Assembly (NCBI GenBank): GCA_002269645.1
Contig: NIVC01002684.1
Span: 1 to 64,000 of the forward strand
Source of the DNA: Macrostomum lignano
Lineage: Eukaryota
Direction of reading: 5' to 3'
DNA length: 64,000 bases
Shown: positions 25,801-39,525 of the stretch, in pieces
Numbering within the stretch: the first letter of the stretch is position 1
Layout of the letters: every line of letters begins with the position of its first letter
Position numbers and translations under genes: made by a program
The notes under the pieces: model-generated
Databases searched by the model: none
Told to the model about the DNA's origin: nothing
What the model saw: the letters and a program-made list of their open reading frames with translations, nothing else

Positions 25801-27232
25801 CCCGGGTAACTTTGATTCGAGAGTTGACCGCAGAGCTGCTCTGACGTCTTGTGCAGGGTTTCAGATGTAATTATCCGACTGAGGGACTTATAACAATTAG
25901 TAGAGAATTTTAACGCATCGGTGATACTCTACATATTTGGTGAGCCGTGTGGTTATTTTGGAGCGATTAGGGACACTTAGGCAAATCCTCAGACACAGTT
26001 TGATACTTCAGCATGCAGACAGGCAGTGCTAGTGGCGGGAATGCCCGAAATGCCCGACAACTGCAACCGACTCCCCAGTTCAGTGCAGCAATCGATCGAT
26101 TCTTCTCTCGCAAGAAGTTGCTGCTTGCAACCATGCAGGGACAGCAAAGTAGCCCAGTGCTGTCTCTCCAGCGCCAATGTTACTTCTTCTAGAAATGCCT
26201 TCTCAATTCTGCCTGTTGTTTAACTTGCTGCCGAAGCCAACTGGGGTGGGGAGTCGGTGCGGTAGTTTGCTAGCAGATAGCAGCTTGACTCGGCAAGACA
26301 GGGAATGCCTTTTTGACTGCTGCGTAAAGTCTTTTTGAAGACAACAATGCTTTACAAGATTGCTGCAAGATGACCAAAGCAGGAACGGTTCGGTTGAGTT
26401 GGAGACACTCCTATCTGTTGCAGGAACTGTTTGGCCAGAGTTGGTCACACTCGTATCTGTTGCAGGAACGGTTTAGCCAGAGTTGGTCACACTCGTATCT
26501 GTTGCAGGAACGGTTTGGTTAGAGTTGGTCACACTCGTATCTGCTGCAGGAACGGTTCGGTTGAGTTGGAGACACTCCTATCTGTTGCAGAAACGGTTTG
26601 GTTAGAGTTGGTCACACTCGTATCTGTTGCAGAAACGGTTTGGTTAGAGTTGGTCACACTCGTATCTGCTGCAGGAACGGTTTGGTTAGAGTTGGTCACA
26701 CTCGTATCTGCTGCAGGAACGGTTTGGTTAGAGTTGGTCACACTCGTATCTGTTGCAGAAACGGTTTAGCCAGAGTTGGTCACACTCGTATCTGTTGCAG
26801 GAACGGTTTAGCCAGAGTTGGTCACACTCGTATCTGTTGCAGAAACGGTTTGGTTAGAGTTGGTGACACTCGTATCTGTTGCAGGAACGGTTTGGTTAGA
26901 GTTGGTCACACTCGTATCTGTTGCAGGAATGGTTTGGTTGGAGTTGGTCACACTCGTATCTGTTGCAGGAACGGTTTGGTTAGAGTTGGTCACACTCGTA
27001 TCTGTTGCAGGAACGGTTTGGTTGGAGTTGGTGACACTCGTATCTGTTGCAGGAACGGTTTGGTTAGAGTTGGTGACACCCCAGACAGAAAAATACCAAT
27101 AGGTTCATATCGCTCATCCCGAACTAGTCTTCATTCAGTTCAAGCGCCCAAACCGAACCACCCCATCGCAGAAGGCGCAAGGGCAAAGCGTCCCAGCTGG
27201 AGAAGCAGAAGACCTACGGCGGCACCGAGTAA
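22850..27232 (+). CDS. Orphan type I membrane protein with Lys/Asp-rich low-complexity ectodomain; ~233 aa
   Basis: Exons 22850-22895 (MACRFRIFAASLLLI), 23574-23745, 25307-25697 and 27139-27232, phases 1/2/2. It needs removal of one A from the A7 run at 25314-25320 (or an unseen micro-exon). It contains a (DKK)n-type tract, TM IGIGVGVGVACLVAVGSVIGVLV, and tail SSSAQTEPPHRRRRKGKASQLEKQKTYGGTE. Confidence 0.7.
23103..23490. repeat. 10-bp intronic array (GGGGACCATT/GGAGACCATT)
   Basis: Lies in intron 1 of the K/D gene. Confidence 0.9.
24225..25140. repeat. 29/33-bp intronic minisatellite (TCTCGAATCAGAGTGCTCACTCCAACTGG)
   Basis: Lies in intron 2 of the K/D gene, preceded by a CT-rich tract at ~23955-24125. 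Confidence 0.9.
26380..27080. repeat. 42-bp intronic minisatellite (GCAGGAACGGTTTGGTTAGAGTTGGTCACACTCGTATCTGTT)
   Basis: About 16 copies in intron 3 of the K/D gene. Confidence 0.9.
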
Positions 27233-28966
27233 GAGCGTTGTTGTCGGCAGCCGATCGGCGGTTGAAGCTTCCAGCAGAACACTGAATCAATTAAGAATGC
27301 TTGGTGTAGTGGTCCTATAATTTTGCTCTCTGTTTTAATCCTCTTTTTTTTCAAATATTCTTACTTTTCGCTGTAGTTCTAGTGCACGGGGTACCAAAGT
27401 GTGCAGAAGTGTTTGATGTTGCCCTTTTTGCATGTGTACCAGTATGATATGTATGACTCTAATCTTCCTAAACCTGACAAGCTGTTCGATAGTTTCCGAT
27501 GGAGAATCGGTTTCTCAAACTTCTACATTTTTTTTTCAACATTGGACTGTCTTGTAAAATCGCTTTTTTGGAGGGGGGAGCATGCAGCGCACAGCTGTTG
27601 GAGAGGACTGGGAACTTCCCAGATCGGTCGAGTGCATGCTACATATCGGCAATAGCAATGAGCAGTGCGAGAACCGGCGCCAAGAGATCTAATTAACCCA
27701 ACTGATCAACTGACCTCTTTTTCTCTTGGTTTTCGTCACTACTGTTTCTTCAGTTTTCCTTTAGTCGCACCGACAAACTGATGATGTTTATCAATAGAGT
27801 ATCGCTAACGCCATCGCCTCATCCTACAGTACAGCGTCCCAAGCGAAACTACGTACGGTTCATCGAGTTCACTTTTGTTTTGAAAAAAAAACAGTTTCTT
27901 TTATTTATTTGTTTATCTAACCGATTTGAGCTGTCAAAGTTTAACGTGTATGTTCTGCGTTCCCCAGAGAGACTGCATAAGCTGAGTGCCTTAGGACCAA
28001 CTTTTTTAACTTTATTTTCAGTTATAATTTTTATTTCTGCTGCTATATATTAATCTGCTTTTAACCTGGTGGCTGGAAAGACTGACAGACTTTTGCTTCC
28101 CCCCCCCAAAAAAACACACTTTCCTTGCGTTAATTCAACCGTTAGTAAGTGCGCCTGCAATGAAGCAGTTGGCAGAGTCTGCGCTATTGCCGTGTTTAGC
28201 CTGGCAGAGACGTCGGATAGCCAACCTGCAATTGGTGTGCGCTGCAGTGTCCCCTCCCCTATGCGAGACTTAAAACACTTTAAATGGCCGCAAAGTATAC
28301 TTTGGTGTCGGGTTGACGGGGTGGTTAAGTAGTAACATTACCAATTATAAAATGACACTATTACGCGGGGCTTCCAAGAGCTGCTGCGAATGTTTGTCAA
28401 TCAAATTGAAACTGGCACTCTTTTGTCGGAGCAGTTTTTTAAACAATACATTTTTTGGGGGAAGGAAAATCCCAAATAGTCTACTGATGATAGCCGTATC
28501 AGTAGTTTAGCTTGCGTTTTGTTTTGATTTCACCGAGTTCTCATGGAGATTGTTCTGGCACTGTGGCTAATTAATGAAAGCTTTATAACGATGCAAGCGC
28601 CGATAGACAAACTACTCAATAGTTCTTTCAAGATTTCCAGCTCTACAAAACAGGGAAAGAGAGACGAACAGACGTTTCAACTGTTGCTATTTTTCATCAT
28701 TTTTGCTATCCGGGCTCCAATTTCGAGTTGGACACAAGCAAATAAACCGAGAAGTTATAGTCAGTTTTTAATGGGTTATATTTATTAGTGTGTAACAAAA
28801 AAGTCATCTTCAGAAATTTCATCAACACTTGGCCTTAGACACCAGACACTAGACACCAGACACTAGACACTAGACACTAGACACTAGACACTAGACACTA
28901 GATACTTTCCATAGACACTTACCCATAGATACTATACTATTTAAACATCATAGCCCCATCCAGTAG

Positions 28967-29746
<780 letters not shown>

Positions 29747-30196
29747 CTTTGGCTGCCTACAATAAAGAGTTCTCAGAACGAATCCTCAGACTCCTTGGTA
29801 TTATATCCCCAGTCCAGCAGCGTCTCACCGTCACCATAAGATTCTCTGTCGTAACAATAAATAATTTAACCGTTGCATTTCTTAGAAAAACCCTTGGTTT
29901 GCTTGAGTTTGAGTTTGAGACATGAATTATGCAATACTTGAGATCCATTCCTTTGTATGCGGAGACGCCCACTCTCTCTCTCTGGTACTGCGATGCTGCT
30001 GAGAAGATATTGGAGGCTGAGCTGGGTCAAAACTGCCTACGAGACTTGCCTCACCAAGCACTTGGTTTATAACTCAAAATCATCGCTTCTGTTTTCACCT
30101 TCTCTATGGGGGTTTAGGGCTTAAATACTGACACTAGCGCTCTGGACTCTGCTGCACCTCACATGCCAGGATAAAACAGATGTAGAACGCAGTTTG

Positions 30197-30805
30197 CCAT
30201 TCCCCATGAGCCTTGAGCATCTCTCAGCCATTCCCCATGAGCCTTGAACATCTCAAAGCAATTCCCCATGAGCCTTGAGCATCTCTCAGCCAATCCTCAT
30301 GAGCCTTGAACATCTCAAAGCAATTCCCCATGAGCCTTGAGCATCTCTCAGCCATTCCCCATGAGCTTTGAGCATCTCACAGCCATTCCCAATGAGCCTT
30401 GAGCATCTCTCAGCCATTCCCCATGAGCCTTGAGCATCTCTCAGCCATTCCCCATGAGCCTTGAGCATCCCACAGCAATTCCTTATGAGCCTTGAGCATC
30501 TCACAGCAATTCCCCATGAGCCTTAAGCATCTCTCAGCCATTCCCCATGAGTTTTGAGCATCTCTCAGCCATTCACGATGAGCCTTGAGCATCTCTCAGC
30601 AATTCCCCATGAGCCTTGAGCATCTCTCAGCCATTCCCCATGAGCCTTGAGCATCTCTCAGCAATTCCCCATGAGCTTTGAGCATCTCTTAGCCATTCCC
30701 CATGAGCCTTGAGCATCTCTCAGCCATTCCTCATGAGCCTTGAGCATCTCTCAGCCATTCCCCATGAGCCTTGAGTATCTCTCAGCCATTCCCCATGAGC
30801 CTTGC
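30197..30805. repeat. 31-bp minisatellite (CCATTCCCCATGAGCCTTGAGCATCTCTCAG)
   Basis: About 19-20 copies upstream of the EF-hand gene. Confidence 0.9.
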
Positions 30806-31651
30806 CATTTTAAGGCTTTCTACTGCTTCATTAGGAATTGAAAAGTTCATTTCTCGAATATCAAATAATATGAAGATGGAGCTCCCCATTCCAGCATGAG
30901 GGAGAAAAAAATCGATATTGGAAAGTTCCAATATAATAATCATATTTGCCAGCAAATACCCTATAAAAATTCTGGCATTTTGGTTATTTTTCTCCAATCC
31001 AAATCAACTCCGGTCGCATCAATCACGCAGCTGCGGCTGTCTGTTCTTGAGAACTTTTTCCCAGAATCTTTTGGGCAGGAGGGGCACGAAAATCAGGACG
31101 CTGGTGTCTGCGGCCTTCCCTGCTGCCCCCCAAGCTCCATACTTTTATCATGCTGCTCAGCCAGACTGACCCTGGATTTGTCTGGCGCAGGCCCAGCCTG
31201 AGCAATTTGTCACCTTCACTCTGAAGTATATGCAGTTATCCAGCTGTGCCCATTTGCCCCCAATGGGAGTTTCGCATCACTCCGTGAGACATTGATAACA
31301 TCGGAGAATTATGTTCGAGTCATTTCGAGCTTCACTTGCTGCGTTTCCATTCCCAGCACCTCATTCAGAGAATTCCTTGTCAAACTTTTTAAATACGCAT
31401 TGGCATTTCGTGCTTGAGTCCTCTGATTTTCGGTTTGAAGTCGGCTAATTTAAAAAAATGAACCAAACATCAATCAGAAATCCGTTGGTTAGATAACATG
31501 AAAATTTGTGTTTCCCCCCAAACTGGGACACTGCAGCTGGCTTTGAACTGCTGGACTGTGAAATTAGCAATTCACTTGCTAAATTTATTCGTTTCCAAGT
31601 TGCCAGTTAATCACAAGTTGCGAGCTGACCCAGTCTGCTTTAGTAAGCCTA

Positions 31652-33503
31652 TGTCACCAATCCTACTGTCACCAATCCTGCTGTCACTAATCCTGCTGTC
31701 ACTAATCCTACTGTCACTAATCCTACTGTCACCAATCCTGCTGTCACTAATCCTGCTGTCACTAATCCTACTGTCACTAATCCTAATGTCACCAATCCTA
31801 CTGTCACCAATCCTACTGTCACTAATCCTGCTGTCACTAATCCTGCTGTCACTAATCCTACTGTCACTAATCCTAATGTCACCAATCCTACTGTCACCAA
31901 TCCTACTGTCACCAATCCTACTGTCACCAATCCTACTGTCACCAATCCTACTGTCACCAACCCTACTGTCACGAATCCTACTGTCACCAATCCTACTGTC
32001 ACCAATCCTACTGTCACTAATCCTGCTGTCACTAATCCTACTGTCACCAATCCTACTGTCACCAATCTTACTATCACCAATCCTACTGTCACCAATCCTA
32101 CTGTCACCAACCCTACTGTCACCAATCCTACTGTCACCAATCCTACTGTCACTAATCTTGCTGGCACTAATCCCATTGTCACCAATCCTACTGTCACCAA
32201 TCCTACTGTAACTAATCCTACTGTCACTAATCCTACTGTCACCAATCCTACTGTCACTAATCCTACTGTCACTAATCCTGCTGTCACTAATCCTACTGTC
32301 ACCAATCCTACTGTCACCAATCTTACTATCACCAATCCTACTGTCACCAATCCTACTGTCACCAACCCTACTGTCACCAATCCTACTGTCACCAATCCTA
32401 CTGTCACCAATACTACTGTCACCAATCCTACTGTCACCAATCCTACTGTCACCAATCCTACTGTCACCAATCCTACTGTCACGAATCCTACTGTCACCAA
32501 TCCTACTGTCACCAATCCTACTGTCACTAATCCTGCTGTCACTAATCCTACTGTCACCAATCCTACTGTCACCAATCTTACTGTCACCAATCCTACTGTC
32601 ACCAATCCTACTGTCACCAACCCTACTGTCACCAATCCTACTGTCACCAATCCTACTGTCACTAATCTTGCTGGCACCAATCCTACTGTCACTAATCTTG
32701 CTGGCACTAATCCCATTGTCACCAATCCTACTGTCACCAATCCTACTGTAACTAATCCTACTGTCACCAATCCTACTGTCACCAATCCTACTGTCACTAA
32801 TCCTACTGTCACCAATCCTACTGTCACCAATCCTACTGTCACTAATCCTGCTGTCACTAATCCTGCTGTCACTAATCCTGCTGTCACTAATCCTACTGTC
32901 ACCAATCCTACTGTCACCAATCTTACTGTCACCAATCCTACTGTCACCAATCCTACTGTCACCAACCCTACTGTCACCAATCCTACTGTCACCAATCCTA
33001 CTGTCACTAATCTTGCTGGCACTAATCCCATTGTCACCAATCCTACTGTCACCAATCCTACTGTAACTAATCCTACTGTCACCAATCCTACTGTCACTAA
33101 TCCTACTGTCACCAATCCTACTGTCACCAATCCTACTGTCACCAATCCTACTGTAACTAATCCTACTGTCACCAATCCTACTGTCACCAATCCTACTGTC
33201 ACCAATCCTACTGTCACCAATCCTACTGTCACGAATCCTACTGTCACCAATCCTACTGTCACTAATCCTACTGTCACCAATCCTACTGTCACCAATCCTA
33301 CTGTCACCAATCCTACTGTCACCAATCCTACTGTCACCAATCCTACTGTCACCAATCCTACTGTCACCAATCCTACTGTCACTAATCCTACTGTCACCAA
33401 TCTTTCTGTCACTAATCCTACTGTTACTAATCCTAATGTCACTAATCCTGCTGGCACTAATCCCATTGTCACCAATCCTACTGTCACTAATCCTACTGTC
33501 ACC
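31652..33503. repeat. 15-bp minisatellite (CTGTCACCAATCCTA), ~123 copies
   Basis: Register is conserved over 1.85 kb. It is open in several frames (VTNPT on +, DSRIG and TVGLV on -). See findings. Confidence 0.95.
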
Positions 33504-34123
33504 ATTTTCGTTGTGATGAATCCTGTCATGAACCAATCTAATTGTCATTAGATATACGCACTATTAATCTGTAAAACCACCGACGTCTAAGCATTTAAAG
33601 AGCACCAATATAAATTTGACAGAAAAGCAACGGGTTAACATGTAGCTTCCAAGTATATTTTAAATTATGGAGAGTGTCAGAGCTTAACTCTCTTTGACAG
33701 GTATCGTGGCGCAAGATAGCCATCTTTTATATTCATAAGGTTACTAGCGACTGCGAAGTTTCCTTAGAAATGGGGAAAAGTCAGGTGAGCATGGACCTCC
33801 GTTATATAAAAGTTTAGTAGTACTTAATCTTAAGTAGTCTGTGCATTTCCTTAATATTTTAGTATGTTAAATTACAACTTTTAGGGTACACTGAAATTTT
33901 ACAAAAATATCAATTAAACTGATAAAAAGTATTTTATTATGTTACAATGAGATAGCTATATACGAGCGTGTGTGTCCCGCTTGAACTTCATTTATTCTGG
34001 AATCTTGATTGAGTATCTGGAATCTCGATTGGGTATGTGGAATCTCGGTTTGATATCTACAATATCAGTAGGTATGAGGAATCTCGATTAGATATCTGGA
34101 GTCTTGACTGGATCTTCGAGTTT

Positions 34124-36804
34124 TCAAGTGTCAGCCCTTTCTGCATTCTCAGCCTTCTTCTTCAGCCGCCTGACGGCCAGCAGACGGACGAACAGCTCGA
34201 CAAATTCGAACGTGCTGATGATGGACACGCCCAGCCAGAGGCCCAGAATGCCGCCAATGTCCGAGGCCAGGTTCCTGGCTAGGTAGGCCGGGGTCTCCAG
34301 CACGCGGTTGCCACGCGTGGAATGGCTGTATATATTTAGTCTGGCGAACGATTTGATGGCCTCCAGCGACTGGTTCTCCAGGCTGCGCCGAATCTCAGCC
34401 AGGGTGACGAGGTCGTCACCGCGCTGTCTGGCCAGCTCCGTTGTGGCGTCGACACGACGCAGCAGCGCCTCCTGGGTCTCCTCCGCGTCGCTGGGCCAGC
34501 GGTTCTGGGTCACGCGCATCTCGTACCTGGTGTTGCGGCACCGCAGGGGGCAGCTGTGCCCCGAGCCGGACGTGCGCTTATGAATCTCTTCAACAGCGTC
34601 GTCGTGACATCGGCGACGATTTTGGGCGGCTCTGTGCGCCTCAGCGTCGGTGCTGTCGTCTTCCGATGGCGCTACGTTGGCGCCACCTTTAGCGCTGTCG
34701 GCGCCGGCTTGCAGCAGGGTGTCCCGGTCGATGTTGTGGCAGTAGTGGACCACTTTGCCGCTGCCGGAGTCGATGCCAACGGTGCCAAAGGTCGCCGGCA
34801 GGGGCAACGTCTCGGACAAGCAGGTACAGTTTTTGTGCAGGAAATCCTGGTACGTTTTCACCAGACAGTCGCGAAGAGTGTATCTGAGAATTTGTTTGTT
34901 TAATGATGTGTATAAAAGATAGTCTTCTATTTAGCAATTAAGATCACCTGACGAAGAGAACGAACTCTGTAACCGGTTCTGGTTTATTGAAGTTTGAATC
35001 TCACGTTTGGACACACGTAGGTACAATTATGAAACCCCACAATGGTTCCCTGATTGGGAGTTCATTTTTTCGAATGTGAATTTCTGACACCTTGTGTCAC
35101 TGCTCTGTAGACCTGACAATGTGCTTTTTAACTTGTTGTTTCGTTGGTTTCGTTGTACGTAGAATTTCCGGAACTTTCAAGCATGACTTGCGAGGGGTTC
35201 AATGAACTTGTAGCTGTCAACGTTGGCAAACTTTTGAAGAGGAACACGCAATGACAGAGAGTGGTCGCAGTTATTTCCATCGAAGCCTGACGCTCCGAAA
35301 AGCGGAATAAAAATTCGCCTTGAGGGCTGCTCAAAATTGATTCGCCCCGACCAGACTAAGTAATGAATATTTTCTCCCCAGCACATTGCTCTCCTAAAAG
35401 CGGAATTGGAATTTCTGGATTTCAAATCCGATAGGAAATTTTATTTCCACCCTTCGTGCAGCCGGTCTGTTGCCATCGGATCATTAGGATATTGGGATTG
35501 GATGTGGATGAGACGCGTTGGAATTGATTCTGTTAGTTGTTTGATGGGACAGTCGACTCAAGAAGCTTACAAGTTAAGCTAGCTTTATCAGTCTGAGCTA
35601 TAAGAGAAAACAGATCGTACTCGTACTCAACATCTTCAACAAATTTTTTAGACTAGAATCTAGATAATTGTTTAGATAATTGTAGAAAATTATGGCTTAA
35701 GAAATCCGCGATTGCAGACTTCAGAAATTCTCCAATTGAAACTGCAATCTGATCAACTGGCGGAGTTTCACTTGGAGAATTAGTTGAAATTCACCTGTAC
35801 TCTCGTGTGTGGCCGTGTCGATCAAGGAATTGGATTGGCTGCAGCTGCAGCTCCTCCTCGGTCTTGCAGTTGCGCAGCACTGTCTCTTCCGTGTAGCCCA
35901 GCTGCACGTAGGTGCTGGTTGTTTCCTGGACGTAGAATCCCTCAAGCAGGTCGGGTCGCGTCCCCTGTTCGTGGATGACGACGCGGAATCCCCGGGTGTA
36001 GCTCAGCGACTCCTCTTCCGTGAGAAGGTTCATCGTGTCCCCGACGTACAGGATCACGCGCAATCCTCCGTCGCGCTCTCCGCCAACGAGGAGATGCCGC
36101 TCAGTGGGCGAGAAGGTAAAGCAGCTGAAGAAGTTCGGGTCAACGTATGCCGCAAAGCTTTCATAGCTGCAGTCATTCCCGGCAAAGTCGCAGTGAATGA
36201 ACATCTCCTGTCGCTGCTTGGTCACATTAATTTCCTGTAGGTATGTTTTAAGCGAGTTCAACAGATCCGCGTTGATATCTCCGTCATCGAGTTGGTTTGC
36301 CGGATCCCAGACTCGCCTGATGCTAGCCACCAGGTCGGACATGGTCATGTTGTCCAGACTGGGCACCTTTGGGTTTGTCATGAACCGCAATCGGCTGAAG
36401 TGACTAGTGGCGCAAATAGTCACATCTGGAAACACGAACGGTGTGCTGTAAACGCTTGTCTCCGTGTTTACTGGGCCCTCGATAAACCTGCTGAACAGGG
36501 AGACCAGGTGAGCGCTAAATCCAGAAAAGGCCGTGACGATAATGCAAATCCAGGCAAGCTTGTGCCACGTACTGCCGCTCTGAAACACCTTGTGAAATCC
36601 GTGCGCCGAGGTGCACGTGCAAAACTCCTTTATCAGCTTCTCCGAGGGACTATCGCCGAACTTTTCTCTGCGAAGCTGGCGAACCATCTTCATCAGACGG
36701 TTAGGACGAAAGTTGCCGGCGCGCTCATTTTCCAGTCCAACCCCCAGGCGGGTCAGGGGCACCGTCACCTCCTCTGGGACCTCGCCCTCTATTGCTGGCT
36801 CCAT
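34124..36804 (-). CDS. DEG/ENaC (ASIC/FaNaC-like) sodium channel subunit 2, 589 aa
   Basis: Exons 36804-35795 and 34883-34124 (phase 2, GTGAAT..TTCTCAG; 1770 nt). Motifs: EFCTCTSAHGFHK (HG), TM1 LAWICIIVTAFSGFSAHLVSL, FPDVTIC, CDFAGNDC, FSCFTF, GFRVVIHEQG, YTLRDC thumb, TM2 LASDIGGILGLWLGVSIISTFEFVE. Confidence 0.92.
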
Positions 36805-38879
36805 TCTGCAATAGAATTCCAACTATTTGGGGTTGTATCCAGAACAGATCGATAGCTAGATGACAGGCAGTAAATATACGACTGTCGAAATGTCGCGTTT
36901 TGACAAGATTTTTTTCACAGTGTCTTTATCCCCAGGCTCTTGGCCCTAACTGGCTAGATCTGCCCCCGGCGGTCTGACCCAATAGCAACTGGGCGAGCTC
37001 GCGTGCTGTCTGACTCCTTGAGCCACAGATGCGCGAGTTCGAGCTGAGGTCTGGTCACGTCGTGTGTACTTCAGTTGATAGATTTGAATAGCTATTCATA
37101 CTCGTACATTTATACATGCATGGCTTTGAATAATGTTATACATGTACATGTAGTTGACATTTTATTTATGACTGCACACAGTTTCTCTTGGGATAGGTTG
37201 AAGATAGTCAGGCATGCATATAGATTACGGTTAGCTGTCATACGCTCGTAAAATAAGTAAAAACTTTAAAATTAATGCTTTAAATGGCTTTAGCAATTTC
37301 TATAGTTGGTAAACTCCAACAGACTGTCTGAAGCATCGCGATAACCAGACTTGACTCGTAGTAGCCTCTACGAGCGTGAGGCTGTATGCGTCCCCGACAG
37401 AATCAGCCGCGTGTTAAGTGCATGCATTATTTCAGTGCTTGTGTATATTTAACGTCATTGATATTGTACGTCATTCTGCTCTTTTAGAATCATAAATTAA
37501 AAATTTACAAAGCGCTAATTTTGCATTTTACTTCAACTTTGACTTTGGTTTAACCTTGTAGCTATAGTCGATACAATTAAAAATCCCCTGAATGTGCCTG
37601 AAAATTAGCTACATATCCTATAACCTTTGTACTGTGCCGGCCCGGGTATGTTTCGTTGCATTTCTAAGAAGCAACGAAGGCTATTATGGCAAGTCAGAGA
37701 TAATCTGTTGTGATGGTTCGTCAATATTACGACGAATAATAATTAATTAATAATAATTAATATAATAATAATAATAATAATAATAATTAATAATAATAAT
37801 TAATAATTAATTCGCATTCGTTTCACAGCCTCTAACATTGTTCTTTTAATGATGTTAGTGGCGAGCTGGTGTTGGTGCTGTATGGTCTTGAATTTATTTT
37901 CTCAAGTAATTTCGACTATTTTTGCTACCATGATCAGCGCATTTGCTGCCTATCTGTTGAAATTCGTGCAGCTTCCGATGTGGCTACATAGTACACAAAT
38001 TTAAGACAAGTATATTATCAACCTTTTCTGATTGCTAACACATTAATCAGTTGTACTAGATGGTCGATGGATCACACAATTGACTTTTTAAAAGGCGTTT
38101 ACACTATAAAGGCTCTATAACATCCACAAATGCAGACTACATGTACCACACAATATTATTTTAAATTGTTTCAAGTCAAATCACAGTTTTATTTTAAATA
38201 CTTGCAAAGCGATCAACTATTTTTAATCTTCCAGTAACCAAGAGCAAAGCATATTGGACTGGGTTAGGGTTATAAGACTGACTTAATGGTCCGATGTAGT
38301 TTTGATTGTTAACATAATATATGATTCTATTTTAGAATTATTCCTTCTAATTACAGTTAGTCCTTCTTCCATAGTGGAGATCATGCTAAGTAAACACCTG
38401 ATTGAAAAGCAAAAAAACAAAATTTCATGGGAATGTACGCCAAACTTCTATACTTTGTTATACTTTTAACATTGCAACGGTAAACGTATTGAATTAAAAT
38501 ACGCCAAACGATACATTAAATATATATACCAAATTTATGACCGGATTTTCGGTTCACACTACAGCAAATGCAAGGAAAAGCTTTCTAAAATTAAACTAAA
38601 AGCATTTTTGCAATATAACATCTGAGTAGACTTTACACAAAAAATATATTTTCAATTGAACATCTGTGAGCTTCATGGCATACCCCGAATGCTGAAATGG
38701 AGAGATTTCTTCGTGCTTTTTTATCTGTTGTGGAGACGCATCGTTCGCCACAGCGGCAAAAAACACCTGGGCTTGTTTGGCAACGCTATGGCAACCTCGA
38801 CATCTTTTCTTCGTCTGTTGAAAGCACAGAGAAGTGAATTCAAGCGTTGTCGGCATAATGGAAGACCGAGATGCTGATT

Positions 38880-39000
38880 GTGTCTGCTGACGTCACAGCG
38901 GACCTAAAACACGCCACGGTGCAGACGCACGCTGCCAGCAGTGGTTCATCACACCAGGGTCTGGTGCTCCATGTGGAGGAGAACCTTTCATATGAGGGGG
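38880..39000 (+). mobile_element. Highly decayed fragment of the same LINE family as 39526-40470
   Basis: CAGCGGACCT..CAGACG..CACGCTGCCAGC..GGTTCA..GGTCTGGTGC..CA(T/C)GTGGAG aligns with 39836-39940. Confidence 0.55.
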
Positions 39001-39525
39001 CCAGGCCCGAACCCATTGATCAATCCTACGTGTTCTCTATACACTAATCTTTGCAATCTGAACCGTATGTCATCACAGCCTTAAAAGGATCCCCTGATAA
39101 AAATCCTTCAGTAATGATCCTGGAGTTCCCGATTTGTGCCCAAGCAGAGTCCCATTATTCGGCTGCATGCTGCTCCCTGCTAGCTCAAACCCTTGATACC
39201 CATCCCAGGCGGGGCTCTGGCACCAGGTCACACAGAGTGGTGACAGCCGTGGGTCATGCAATAACCCGATTACCAAATTTTCACCTTAAATTAGCTATCG
39301 ATGGGGCACATGTGGGTCCTTACCCCTCAGGTCTCTATAATAACACCACCAAAAAGCTATCAATAATGGGCGGGACAACCTGAAGGCGATCTGTCGGTCA
39401 TAGCCTGGTCAATAGACGGCTGGCAGCCATCCCTATAGTCATACTATCTGATCCTTTCTCCATGAGAAGACGGTTCACTGGGGCGATTACATACATGTAA
39501 ATTATCATATCAGTTCGACACTTCA

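Noticed and set aside
26598-27320. 240-aa ORF ending in DRKIPIGSYRSS..
   Set aside because: It is mostly the 42-bp array. The real exon at 27139-27232 is in a different frame that matches the upstream phase-2 donor.
34941-34990. Second hammerhead-like motif CUGACGA-AGAG-AACGAA-CUCU-GUAAC-CG-GUU in the channel-2 intron
   Set aside because: The GAAA box reads GUAA and stem I cannot form. At best it is a dead remnant.
35791-36822. ORF-track starts at near-cognate codons (36822, 62561, 19352, 16837)
   Set aside because: ATG starts or splice acceptors explain these genes better (36804, 62489, 19326, acceptor 16826).
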